In this document: positions 23,364 through 36,480 of the stretch, one piece after another | How positions within the stretch are numbered: the first letter of the stretch is position 1 | How the letters are laid out: each line of letters begins with the position of its first letter | NCBI GenBank assembly: GCA_003427395.1 | Contig: BFEA01000037.1 | Span: 4,610,666-4,674,665, forward strand | Direction: 5' to 3' | DNA: 64,000 nt | Source: Chara braunii | Lineage: Eukaryota > Plantae > Charophyceae | Translations under genes and position numbers: made by a program | Notes under the pieces: generated by a model | What the model was told of the DNA's origin: nothing | The model's database searches: none | What the model saw: only the letters and a program-made list of their open reading frames with translations

Positions 23364-23747
23364 TCATCTCATTACCATGTTAATTATTGACAACCAATTA
23401 CTTCCGTTACCGTAGTTCTCAGAAATAAGAGAAATTGAAATTGTCTCACAGGTTACAGGCATTAACCCTCATTCCACTCTCTTCTTCCGCCTGATAAGGT
23501 CTGTCTTTTCATCGTAGATAGACTGAACAACAATTTCGCATAGTCAGTTGAAGGTCTCACCATCATTGCAATCTCCTTTCTTGACACAAGGACGAATATC
23601 ATAGATATCTCCTCCTAAGAAGCGAGTCAACACTACACAGATGGTCGAACTGCCAGAGTGGTAAACCTAAAAGTGCTCATACTGATAGAGGAATACCCCT
23701 TTAATAGTTAATTTTGAAAGTTCTTTCAATGAATCAGTAGTTAGCAT
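23364..23747 (-). pseudogene. Leader accessory ORF Z (more diverged paralogue), in-frame stops
   Basis: MLTTDSLKELSKLTIKGVFLYQYE...RFLGGDIYDIRPCV...SIYDEKTDLIRR...SNWLSIINMVMR*; 384 nt, same motif order as A/B/C. Confidence 0.55.
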
Positions 23748-24070
23748 TATTGATGGAGTCTCTAAGCTTCTGACTCATTCTCTTCTTTTTCAGTTTTTCA
23801 AGGGCATCAAGGGATCATAAGACATACCTGTGATCAAGCTTGATCCTCTACAATAAGTAATGTCAGTCTCCTCCTCTGGTTCAGTGTCGTACCTCACACA
23901 TGAAGAGATGAGACCCAGTTAGCAACTGAGAATTTCCAAGAGAATGATGTCTCAATCAAAATAATAGAGTCGGTCTGAAAATCGAGAGATTGTGAACAGT
24001 TCTCAAACCCTAATCAACGCTTATAGTTGATGCTGACCCAGGCTCGTTCCGGACACGAAACATTTTCATG

Positions 24071-24088
24071 TCTCCGACAACGGTGTCA
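24071..24088 (-). other. Primer-binding site complementary to the tRNA-Asp 3' end
   Basis: Minus strand TGACACCGTTGTCGGAGA, 4 nt after the LTR end, vs canonical Asp PBS TGGCGCCGTTGCCGGGGA (4 transition mismatches). Confidence 0.8.
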
Positions 24089-27000
24089 TTTTTGTCGCAT
24101 TTTTTCTAGTCATACCACTTCTGGCGACCAGAAAGCTAGCAGACTGTCACGCAGGATTTTGTATGTTTTTACAATAAATAAATAAATTAAATAAAGCAAA
24201 TCCCTTCCTGTTGTGTGCGGCCGACTTCGAGCAAGACCCTTCAATTGCGGTCTTCGCCGGACCCCGGTCTTAGGAATCTTTGATTATGATTCGGAACAAC
24301 AATGATGATGCAAAAAATAGAATTAAAATTAAATATGTCATGTATGTATCAAGTTTGCCAATTTAGAGGTTGAGAAATGTGACATGAACAACAAAGAACA
24401 CAATCATGAAGCAATGCCAGAAAAGATCATAAAGACTGACTGACTCAAGGCAAGACAAGATGAATGAGGGAAAAAATGAGAACTCATAATAATCTCAAAA
24501 AGTACAAATGAACAGACATGGACAACGCTCTTCAAGAGTCCTCACTCATCCCTCTAGGGTCTCATACTCAATCTCTCACTTGACGTGCGTATCTTGTGCT
24601 TTGAATCATGTCTATGCATTCTCTGAGATTGTGGTCTCGAGATATAGAGTCACCTGAAGCCTGCGAGTTTCGAACACTTCCACCCTAACATGATACGAAA
24701 CTCAACCATAGCACGTAAATCCTCCCACAGTGTAGGAAGATAGGGCCTAGAGAAAATCCCTCGTCTGAGATATTGGAACTTTGAAGGCGCCGTCACTACC
24801 TCATAAATTCATAATTGATTTCTGCTGGTGAGATGTACCTACCTCTTTACCGAGTCAACCAGATGACCTCAGCAAGAGTCATCTGTGAGTAGGAAAGGAA
24901 CTGGCGACTTGGGATAATCAACATAGAGCTTGGGTACAAAGTTGCGGATCAGCTTCGTTCCACTCACATTAAGCTCTCTCTCTCTCCTCTCAAGATACCT
25001 TGTTGCCAAGATCCAGACTGAGTCGAAGTACTCATGAGTCTCTTTGCCTTCTTTACGTTGAGTTTCAGATCACGAATGATACCTTCTGCAAAACTGGTGT
25101 GAACAACGAAGATTGACAGATCTCCCTATCTGAAACAGAAGGCACTGAGGTACTGATACGGGAAAAAATCTTTGAAGACGATGCGGTTGAGGTTGGTCAA
25201 GATTGACTCATTGACTGGAAACGACTGAACTGTACTCATGTGAGTGATAATTGTTGCTGCATTCTGATGGTCTATTTAATTAACCTGACCGTCCCAATGA
25301 GTTGATCGTGTTAATTGCTTACTGCTTGAATTCTGATAGTTTACCGTGTATCTAATTATGATCAGTTTCCTATCTGGTTCTTAACGATAAGATGTAGTTT
25401 GCCCTGATGATACTTCACTCTCCTTCCCTAGCCTGTCTTTGTCGAATGTTTGCAGGTTCCTCTTGAAGTGAGTGACCAGATCATTTCACTATTCACCATT
25501 AATAACACTTCTTGCATGATCGATAGGTCCTACGGTTGAGAGGGTGTTGTATAGTTTCCCATCTGATCCATGATTGTAGGAGGTGTACTCAACAAGTTTA
25601 TGGTCTTTCAAACGTCTGTTCCATCGTGAGCTTTGTATGATAATGGATGTCTTGGACCACAATTGCTTCCCAGCCTTCGGTCTTATCTCGGTGCAAGGTG
25701 CAGGTCACTCTCAACGTGCCCTCACTTCCAATCTCTCTACAAAGACCCATTGCATTGAGAATGATTGGACTATGCTCATGAGTTGATATGATTGCTGACG
25801 GACTTCGTTGGTCTCCCTAGCTCAATTTGTTGTATCAATGTAGTGGACGCGTTGATTGTTCCTACCGCTCCGTTTCCGGTAGTGCAACATGTGCTTGTCT
25901 ATCTTGTCTCTCAGGACTAGCGTGTGTTCCTTTCTCACTGAGTTTTTGAAGTCTGTAGTAACCCTTCTCAACGTCTTCTCACTTGTCTGATTGTTCTCTC
26001 TGCAACCAAATTCCTTATTAACATGTGGTGTCATTGGGCATAGGTCTGGTTGAGGTGCTTCATAAGAATTTAAGATCGATACGAGATGTCAAGAGCACTG
26101 CCCCCTTCTCAGAACAAGGCAAACGTGATAAGTGCAGCTAATAGTAATGACAGGTGGATACTGAGAGAGTTATCGTTTGGGACTCTTCATATCAAAGCAC
26201 TTACGTAAGTTTTGTTGGATGTTGAATCATTTGTAAAAGGCACAGAGAGTCGCATAGTGTATCTTTTGTTTACAGGCCGTGAGATCTGCAAATTACAGTC
26301 TTAGGCAGATGAGATAAAGTAGCAACAAGGAAGAATACAACACTTGGACGCCGACACCTCCCTTAATAGCGTCATCGGGCTTTTCGGCCTGAGTCTTCGT
26401 TAAGGCATTTGATCCAAGACTTGCTAACTCCACCTGTTTGATCCAGATGCCACTTCCAAGTAGTCTGTCCACAGGGTCATCCTAAGATAAGTTTAGCGTA
26501 GGCATGGCTTAGGGTCGTTCGCTAGAGAGACGTCATCCGGAGCATCTCGGGCAATCTTAGTTGATCGTGGTGTTACAGTGAGTTTGGCCAGTGATCGGTT
26601 ATGAGTCACAGTACGGAGTAAACTCAGGCTAGGCACCGCACCATTTGCTGCATGCTTCTTTTGTTGTTTTTTCGTCCTTTTTTTTTACTATACAGCTTAC
26701 GGTATGGGGTCATCTCTAATCGGATGAAAAAGCATGGATAATCGGCATACAGTCCAATTAATGGAGCATACTGCGACTTGCCAACATAAGCCTTCCTTAT
26801 GTACTACACTGATAACAATCGTTCAACGTTTCTTTTCGTATACTGTCTAGGGGTTGTGTTAGAAATGTTTATCGCGTGCGCATGGCAAGCGTCATTGATC
26901 ATTGAGAACAACTCTGTGATGCAAGGGGGGGTCTCCATGTTTATGAGGCGCCGAGCACTACAATCAAGCCCTCTTTCTTCATACGTCTTAGGGTGCTGTT

Positions 27001-29785
27001 GAAGACAGACCCCACGGACAAACAACAATAGAAGCTACTCTAATCATGATATGAATGGCTCTAGCAGTACAAAGCATGGTCAATTTCAGTCCTCGTACAA
27101 CATTTCTTAATTGGTTCAACAGATTGCAAAATGAGGAATTAATCAACCAGGATGGAGCAGTCAGTCTTGAAAGAGAAATGTTGAGGACTACTCTTATGCT
27201 TAGTCCCAGTACAAGACTTAAATTAGAACACAGTCGTCCCGGCTACCACATGAAAATCCTCTGAGAACTGTGCTTTCGGTCACTGTACCGATACGTTGTT
27301 ACTCACTTACTACGCTTAGTTTTTGGTTTTCTTTGCTTTCCTGTTATTACTTGTGCGCACTTGTCATTTAAGTGTCGTTTAAGGCAAACACATTTCAAAA
27401 TAACAGATGGTCTATCAATCACTATCAAGCAGGTACTTGGCCAGGAGATAAGCAACTCTTCTTAACACGAACTTCCTCTTGCTCACCACTTGCAAGTGAG
27501 TGGACGGGATCAGTTTACCCCTATCTCAGGGTAGGTCAGGGCCACTCAGTTTCGTCCCACTCAATTAGATAGTTGGAGCTTCGACGAGAGCACCCGCAGT
27601 TTGGGAATGCGCTCAAGCTCGCCAATCTCATTAAGCGGGCTGTGTTTGGTGACATCGCATTGATTGCCTTTGCAACGAGAGATACAAGGAAGCGAATGAA
27701 GATGAGCAATGGTAACAGTGAGTAGATTTATAGAATAAGGAGGATGATGCAAAAGAAAACCAAGAAAATAAAAAAAACAGAGGTGCGAGAAGACTTTCAA
27801 ATGAATTGATCAGAGACTTTATCTTTGATTAAGCTCCCCCTTTTATTTGATCACTATTACCATTCATTATTCGAACTCAAACACTCCATCTGCTTTCAGC
27901 ACTCGGTTCACCATCTTCGTAATACGTTCACTGATGAGCTTATCTATACCTACGGATGCGGATGGTCGTTCACACGAGGATAGTCATATCGCCCTTGTCA
28001 TACTCCTAGAAAGTCGGTGTAACTGCAATCTGATAGTTCACGATTAAGGTTCTGGAAGCCAGCATAGTTAGACTAGAGTCGCACTTGGATAATAGAATTG
28101 ATGCAGCAATAAGCGACTAAAACGCGTTTCTTGATTAACTATGATGAATACTCCTCGGTCAGCTGCAAGAACGACTCCAAACAGACACTCAAGTATTGCA
28201 GTCTCATGAGCTTAGAGACTTCCTAACTGACAATGGGGATTAACCAGATCTCGGCAAAGAGTCGTGACAGGACAGATGAAAGCGCACCAAAGACAAACCA
28301 CTGGAATAGGCGACGTGAAGCCAAGGCGATCGCCCTTCAAGGTCAGTGCAGAACAACGCCAATCCGCTTCAACGATCTCTTACTTTGGACTAACCTGACT
28401 ACTTTTCTTATTTGTCAGCGTTCAGATATTCTGTGCACATACGCATCACTCTCTTCCGACACTACCTTCCCTCTTACTGGCGTCGCTCTTGTCCATATTA
28501 GCCCTCTAGTTCTTTCGTGCACACCACAAGCTCACGCATGCATCCTCCCTCTCTTTGCCTCACACCTATTTTCAATATTGGTGATAATTAACACTGGGTC
28601 ACACCAATCATACATTGACGGTATTGGAACGACTATAATGACTGGAACGGGTTCTCGCACAAGTGTATATAAGCTGACTACACCTAGGAAGAGACATGAA
28701 GCGACAATCGACGTATATAACTTTTCCTCATGACGTCAAGAAGAATGAGCGTTTCCCATATTATGTTCGATCTCCCTTCGCACACTTATTCCTTCCTCTC
28801 AAGATATACACGTATCACGAGCACTGTCTTATGCAAGTAGAAAAGAAGTAGATAAACAACTTCGTGATGATAAAGGGAAAGATATACCGATGAACGACGA
28901 TTGAATCAACTGCACGCCTTCGCAAGTCTCAGCGTAACTCATCTCCGCTATAGGTAGGCAGGACGACCAGCTAAGACGAAGAATCAACATCAATAGGAGT
29001 GGCCCCCCGTGAGTGAAGTGACGAGTTGTAGCATATTAATCAAACGTGTCAATCGCATCAATCAGTTCCTATCCTCACGCCACTTGCGCACTCATCACCT
29101 CTACGAGTGGATCAGAAAGTCATTCCGGCCTGACTGTTGATGATGACAAGAAAAGAGGGAATACCCGCCTCTCCCTTTATGGCTCAACTTCCTTCTCCCT
29201 CACGAGAACCATTCACCCACCGCATTCATGTTGTTTTGGGTCTCTCATGCTTCCACGTTGTAACTGTCATGTAGTCCCTAGGCCAAGGCACGAGAGTCAC
29301 GAGACCAATTAATGCGAGATAAAGTCTGCTCGCTGTACCATCCAAGTGGAATTATCGCTACATCAACCGAGAGGGCACGCATCTACTCTCCCTCTCTCCG
29401 AATAGTCGTTCGCTCTTCTTGACGAGGGAAAAGTCGTGTTTTCGTCACCGAAAAGCGTCGTGCACGTCTTCTCCCCTCATGAGCAGGACGAGGGTAAAAT
29501 GTGACAGGGCGGGGCATTTACTGCTGGATATCAGCCACTTCTCATGACGACAAGAACGCATATGTGATGCATGTCGCCCTTCGTCCTCGCATGTAACTCC
29601 TCGTGCTCTCGTTTACTACCACCTCTACGTCAACGATGGAGTAGGGTACCGCGTTTTTGGAGATCGCTGCCCCGACTCCAAGCGAAACTGACTCCGACGA
29701 AATACCCAGTATCTCCCTCACAAACGAGAGTTGACTCCCTCTTCGTGCATCGCTCCATCACGCGCAGCCCTGCCGTGTATCGCGC

Positions 29786-29869
<84 letters not shown>

Positions 29870-29935
29870 GCCGACCCGTAACCGCCTCGCTGCCCCAGTC
29901 TCTCTGTAGGGCCAAGTTGGCCTCTGGGCTGTCCT

Positions 29936-30540
29936 CTACCGACTCGGCTGGCGGGTGCTCTCTCCTCCACTGCTCCAGCCCGTGCTAGGACCGAGTCTGC
30001 GCATCGCTGGCCTCGGACTCAGCCTCCGAGTCTCGGTCCATCTCCTACTGCTCTCTCTCTCGGTTGTGCTCGTGGAATTCTCTTCCTCGTGGTAAGTGAC
30101 CATAACCTTCAGGGCCGCGGTCACTCCATCCCTCTTGCACCTCCGCTCAACTCGATTGCAAACCTAAGTAACCACGCCCTGGGGTCCTAGACTTTCTCGT
30201 CTTCCCTCATCTCTCGCTCTTTTTCCCCGTAGACATTAATCCTTAGTCTAGCCTTCCCATCACCTTTACTGTAGTTGAGACAGGCGTCCATCGTAGCTCC
30301 CTCTTCATGCATAGGTTCCCAGCTCCAGTAAAACCTCAAATGGTCTGGAATATAACAAAAAGGCCATTGGTTCGCGCCATAGCCAGGTTTCGCACAACGC
30401 CAGTCTGCCAACCTCGAACAGCACACCACACTACACTCCACTTGTGCCCGAGCTTCCAGTGCAAACGGGTTACCACTAAGCAGGTTAGCCGTGGGCAGTA
30501 TCCCGACTCTCGGAAAGTGAGGGGCGTGTCTGGCTCTCAT
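29936..30540 (-). pseudogene. ORF-L1 copy in the 5' LTR, disrupted near 30180
   Basis: MRARHAPHFPRV...LRFYWSWEPMHEEG...EMREDEKV* then ...LKVMVTYHEE in another frame. Confidence 0.65.
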
Positions 30541-31160
30541 CGACTAATCAATAACCAATAACTCGCTCCCATTTTCTTTTTATAGGATCGCTGCTCACCA
30601 TGATCCCCACGTTCTAAACGAAGACTTCAAGTAATTCCCCTTTTTAATTCTTCACATTAATAATTCAGTGTTCTGAAAATAAACAATAAGATAAATAAAT
30701 CCAAATAATTTGAGAAAAATGAAAGACAGAAACCCAAGGGTCGGAGCACGAACTGAACCCCCTACGCTACTGTCAATCACCGATCCTCGTCATGTGACTA
30801 CAAGTCGAAAGCATAGACCCATAATGGGATACTGACGGACGCACCCTTCTCTTCAAAACACGTCGTCGGTCTATTCCTATTGGGTGCCCGTATCCGATGG
30901 TAAGGAGGGGGCTTATGACCTTTTGCGGGGGGTGATAAGCCTCCTAATGATGCGGCCACGAGTCGCCCCTCTTTTGGGGTCTTACTGGGCGATACTCAAC
31001 CGAACAGGTCAGCCACAGTGAAAAGCAAAGGGTCGGGCCAGTTTGGGCCATCGGACAACAATCACAGTCCGAAATTGAGCCGTTAGCTTCCCCGCGAAGC
31101 GACAGAAAACCGAAAGAGGAAGCTGGGTCTGACGAATAAGCTAATAATAATAATAATAAT

Positions 31161-32883
31161 CAGGGTTACCAGCCCGTACGTACAGAGGTCCTGGGCAGAC
31201 CTCCGTACGTACGGGCGTTCGGGGTCCTGTACGGGGTCCGAACCCGACGGCGTTTGGCCCCCGCCAAAAATTATTTCGGGGCCTAAAAATATGTTTTTTT
31301 TCTGAAGTTTTTTTGTGAGTTCTCTATGACGTGAGGTACACGACTATAAATTTTCAAGGCATTTGGCTCAGCCAAACAAGAATTAAAAATTGCCAAAGAT
31401 GGCGGTGTCAAAACGTGCTTGCCCACATTTTTTTTCACTTTTTACTTTTTGTTTTCACTTTAGTTCGGCATCTAAACAATTTTATTATTTTTTAAAACTT
31501 TTTAAGAGTGTTTCGCATTATGTGAAGAACACTTATCTAAATTTTCAGGGCATTTAGCTATTTCAAAAAAAAATGAAAAATCGCCAAAGATGGCGGTGTT
31601 GAAAACATGCTCGTGCACTCACTAAATTTAATTCTCTTTTTATTTTTTGTTATTTTCTGTGTACGGATCCGGGCCGCCCGGCCGACCAGCGCCTGCCCGG
31701 GGGAGGTCCCAGGCGGCCTGGCCGGGCGGGCAGCCCGGTTGGGGGCCGGGCACCCCCAGCACACCTTGTTGGGGGGGGGTTCCGACCCCGAAACGCCAAG
31801 TTCTGGCCTCCCTAGAGCCTACCGGGTCCGACCAGGCCCAAAAAACGGCGCGTCGGGCCCGTGAGGCCAATTGTTTTTTTTGAATTTGTGACGGCCCTCC
31901 GGCCGTCGATCATCCATGATAGATGGCCAGAGGGCCGTTTGTTTTTTGGAGGGAAAATCAAGGCCCCGTTTGAACAACCGACTGGCTGGGGCGGCCTGTA
32001 TCGGCTGTCCAAACGGGGCCCCTTCTCTAGCTGCCTGTGTTCGTGGTTCAGCCGCCCTCGCTCCTCGCACTGCCCGTTGTCGCCATCGCCTGGGAGCTGC
32101 ACTCCCCCGTCGTCGTGGAGTCGCCCGTCGCCCGTCGCCAGCGTCGTGGANNNNNNNNNNNNNNNNNNNNNNNNNNNNNNNNNNNNNNNNNNNNNNNNNN
32201 NNNNNNNNNNNNNNNNNNNNNNNNNNNNNNNNNNNNNNNNNNNNNNNNNNNNNNNNNNNNNNNNNNNNNNNNNNNNNNNNNNNNNNNNNNNNNNNNNNNN
32301 NNNNNNNNNNNNNNNNNNNNNNNNNNNNNNNNNNNNNNNNNNNNNNNNNNNNNNNNNNNNNNNNNNNNNNNNNNNNNNNNNNNNNNNNNNNNNNNNNNNN
32401 NNNNNNNNNNNNNNNNNNNNNNNNNNNNNNNNNNNNNNNNNNNNNNNNNNNNNNNNNNNNNNNNNNNNNNNNNNNNNNNNNNNNNNNNNNNNNNNNNNNN
32501 NNNNNNNNNNNNNNNNNNNNNNNNNNNNNNNNNNNNNNNNNNNNNNNNNNNNNNNNNNNNNNNNNNNNNNNNNNNNNNNNNNNNNNNNNNNNNNNNNNNN
32601 NNNNNNNNNNNNNNNNNNNNNNNNNNNNNNNNNNNNNNNNNNNNNNNNNNNNNNNNNNNNNNNNNNNNNNNNNNNNNNNNNNNNNNNNNNNNNNNNNNNN
32701 NNNNNNNNNNNNNNNNNNNNNNNNNNNNNNNNNNNNNNNNNNNNNNNNNNNNNNNNNNNNNNNNNTTTTTTTTTTTTTTTTTTTTTTTTTTTTTGGTCCG
32801 CCTTCGGCATGAACGGCCGAACGCATCCCCAAGGGGTCCCATACATTCGGGCGTTCGGCCCGTCCCAAACGCCGGTTACCCTG
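31161..32883. mobile_element. Non-autonomous hAT-like DNA transposon nested in the 5' LTR (spans an assembly gap)
   Basis: TIR CAGGGTTACCAGC / GCCGGTTACCCTG; 8-bp TSD ATAATAAT within (TAA)n; absent from the 3' LTR; subterminal hairpin 31173-31215; internal repeat at ~31347 and ~31538. Confidence 0.85.
32151..32765. other. Assembly gap
   Basis: N run. Confidence 1.
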
Positions 32884-35800
32884 ATAATAATAATAATAAT
32901 AAAAATAGGGAAAGTAAGGGAATTATAACACCACAGTGACATGAAGCCACTGGATTATTTTTTTGTTCAGATTTGCGCACAGATCTAACGCTTGACTTTC
33001 TTTTCACCTTTTTTTTTTCTTTTTTTCTTTTGCCTTACTTAGTCCTTTTCTGCTTGACAGTGACAGCAGCCCCATTCATCTAACCCATAACCTGGCTAGG
33101 GGGCACTCGGCGCGCAGTAGAAAATACCTCGCCGGTCCCTCTATCTTCACGTCCCTAGGCGAGCCCGACGGCTACCACGGCCACAGATCGGTAGTGCTCT
33201 GTTCCCCGAGTCTGTGTGGACCAATGGAAAGTCCAGTGGTGCACCTACCCTTTTGCCATTGGTAGCGCCGCCTGGACCAGTTCTGCAATCGTGCACAACC
33301 CGACTGACCCTGGTACGTCGTGAGCATGGTAGTGGGAATTCCCAGGTGGACAATCCGATACCACACCTGCAGGACTCTGAGCACCTCTGGGCATGGAGTC
33401 AGGTGCGCAGCTGAGGATCAGAAAACCGCGCCCTCCGACACCGTGCACGCCAGCCGTACCTCTCGCAGCTCCCTGCGACAGTACAGAGAACCCGCGTGGT
33501 ACAAGTCACCTCTACCCGAAGGATTGTCACCACCCTTAGGTAGGTGTATCTCTGTTGAACTAGTGAATCATGTGCGAAAGTTTTTATTTGTAATCACAAA
33601 GATAAGTTCGCCAAGGGTGTTTGCTCGATCGTTGTACCATAGGTATACGCGTGGTAGAATGCCTAAGACTGACCCGTATATGTGTCTAGCATCGGGGCGT
33701 TGATCTCCTGGACTGACTTACAATTCAGGTCGACTTTCTTAGTAGTTGCCCATGCTCAAAATTTGCTTGAATACAAATGTTTTACCATCTCAGTTATCCT
33801 TATAAAGGTTAAATCTCATAATCGATTCCTTTGGAATAAATTCCGGAACCACTAATCTTGATGTCTAGCTACCCTCCTTCTTACCAGGACCACTGTGAAT
33901 CAGTATGATATGTGATTCATCTTAGTATATCAATCAAAGTATAGTCTATATGTATCAAGGGGGGGTATGATGAGTGGTGGACCTCACTTCTCACAATTGC
34001 GGCGGACGAGTCTGAATTTTCCAGATGACACTCTCTTCCGATAAAAACAAGTTATAACCCACATCTGCATCAATGCAAGAAATCAGATACGCACACACAA
34101 ATGCAGACAAAGAATGCACTACATGCGTAAACTTCAACCCGTTAAAGACTTGTCCCTCACTCCCCGAAACCTTGGACAAACACCATTCCAACCTCTGACA
34201 CTTTCTAGTAGCCTCCTTACTAGAATCAAAGTATTTTGATAGTGACCAAGACCATTCAAGTGTGGGTATCATTCCATGCGGAAGTTGAGTCGTAGTTCCT
34301 ACCGACCTATTATCCAATGATAATAAAATTGTAGTTCCTTATGGATCCTTCCGTAATTTTTTTTAGGAATGATGAAAACCTGTAGATACAACACAGTCCA
34401 AAACAAACTTAACATCCCTTTTTTCATACAATGATTTAGAAAATTTATCCTAGACAGTGTAACTTCAAGATTGTAACTATCGATAACTTCCGTTTTGCTT
34501 CTACTTTTAGCTAGTTGCAAGGTTGTCGCCTCACAGTTCGGGTGATGGACAATAGTTCAGTCTACATTCATTCGACTCGGTAAGCTTAGATAACGGTTTT
34601 AAGATAGTGATTAACCTTTGGTGACCATCAACCTCAATCTTTCTCTCTTGACTTCCCTCGCTTAGTCCCTTTCTTCCTTATTCTCTTATAATTGATACGT
34701 TTTCTCTTCTTATACGTCTTTCCCCTTTTGACATGTGCAAACAAACATCAACAATCCATCTTAGAATATAATTATAGGATAAACATCAGTTAGAGGTTTT
34801 AAGATAGTAGAACTTGGTCACACAGGACTACATTCTACCACCCTTACCTTAATAGAATAAAAAAATTATTTGTCAATAATTGATTAACCTTTGGTGAGGC
34901 TTTATATTTTCCCCAATCATCAAGAGGATTAGTGATGATAGGACAGATCACTCTGGATGCATTTTCTGTGGCGCTACCCAAGTTGATAGGCGATCAGAAA
35001 GACCTCATGGGGTCGTGCTCCACCCATCATCGTTACTTGGCGCCTGTTGGTGATAGGGCATACCTCGCAGGGCCTCGTTTTTCCTATAACCGACTTATAT
35101 TGAAGTAAGGTTGACCGGTAATAAGGATGACCTCATCGGGTCTTGCTTCCTCTTACTATCACCTTCCTCCTCATAGAAATAGGCAATAGGGCAGGCCTCA
35201 CGGGGCCTATCACCGTCACAATCTCCTTTGATGAACTGAATCATCTTACTTCAAATTTCTCATCTCTGAAGTAAGGGTACTTTCATATCCTATATCATTC
35301 GGAAGTCTTTAGGTCAGGTGAGTAGGCCATACGAGATTTATACCCCATGATTGACGTGACCCACAACAAGGTAGTTCACACAGAAACTTCCTCCTTATTG
35401 TACACCTTAAAGATCCTCAGACTAATCTTTGACCCATGTTAGTTTAAATTTAAGAAGACGCAAGTGTTAGTCAGGTATATGGCAAGGAACAGGTTAGTCA
35501 ACGCTTTTCACAATCACAATATTCTAGCCAGTATTAAAGAATCTCAACAATTATAGTTGTAAACAATCCCACAATTCATCCGAACTCACCATGAACTTAT
35601 TTTATCCATGTCAGGGTAGTCCATTAAGTAAGGCAAAACTTCACGCAGTCTATTCCCTTGCTGCCACATTTCCTCGCAAATAAAAATGCACATAGCGAAA
35701 CAGTTCACGTGGGAACTTCTCGTTCTCACTATTTTTTTCAAAAATAATTAATCATATACAATCCATATCCAAATTTATTCTCCAACAACCAATTTTCTTT

Positions 35801-36286
35801 ATACCGAGGTTTTCTTTTCCTTTAGCACTCAAGCTCTTCATACAGGCAATCCCGCTTTCTTTAATTTCAGTTTTAATCATGAAGAAATATATGAAAACAA
35901 TATTACTTTTCACTGGAGCAAGCACAGGCAAGGTGTACGGGTCATAGTTTTGCATTTTATAGGTTAGGTTAGAGCGCGCGTATCGTTTTATTCCCTGTCT
36001 CCTGAGTCTTGCTTGAACTCCAACAGAGTTCCCGCAATCGTCCTATTACCCGGATGCGTTTACACTGAGCAAATATTTAAGAGGAATTGATTATCCTCAA
36101 GTAAACTTTTCCCTAAAAAATCAGTTGAAACTAACATTTTGCAACCATTGCTTGAAAAGATTGGTGTGCAAGAGGATACGGAGGAGGATGGAGGAGGTAG
36201 GCTCCGTCAGTATTGATGATGACTTTCTCCTCTTCAATGCCTTGCACTTTTCCATCTCCGACCCTTATCCTGGCATGTGATGTCGG

Positions 36287-36352
36287 ATAATAATAATAAT
36301 AATAACAGTGAACATAATAATAACAATGGTATTAATAAAAATAAATAAATAA

Positions 36353-36427
<75 letters not shown>

Positions 36428-36480
36428 CTAGAATAATAATAGCAAACAAAATTAATAACAACGATAAAAACAACAATAAA
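36287..36480. repeat. Degenerate (TAA)n microsatellite
   Basis: Directly visible. Confidence 0.95.

Larger units (their letters stand above)
4249..33440 (-). mobile_element. Element 1: giant degenerate Ty3/gypsy LTR retrotransposon (~29 kb)
   Basis: Two ~7.6-kb direct repeats with TGTC...CGACA ends; PBS next to the 5' LTR; G-rich tract next to the 3' LTR; gag(CCHC)-PR-RT-RH-INT order on the minus strand. No matching TSD seen (acatt vs ccgtg). Confidence 0.92.
24093..33440 (-). repeat. Element 1 5' LTR (9.3 kb including a 1.7-kb insertion)
   Basis: Direct repeat of 4249-12876; minus-strand start TGTCGGAGGGCGCGG, end ...GCGACA followed by the PBS. Confidence 0.9.

Noticed and set aside
31812-32942. 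Six long ORFs of 264-376 aa
   Set aside because: Artefacts of reading through the N gap
33961-35050. Possible 1-kb LTR (G-run, TGATGAGTGG...CCACCCATCA, then TGGCGCC) containing minus-strand ORF fragments
   Set aside because: No second copy and no TSD; the PBS-like word is 8 nt away and lies within a degenerate repeat cluster; the ORFs are unrecognisable
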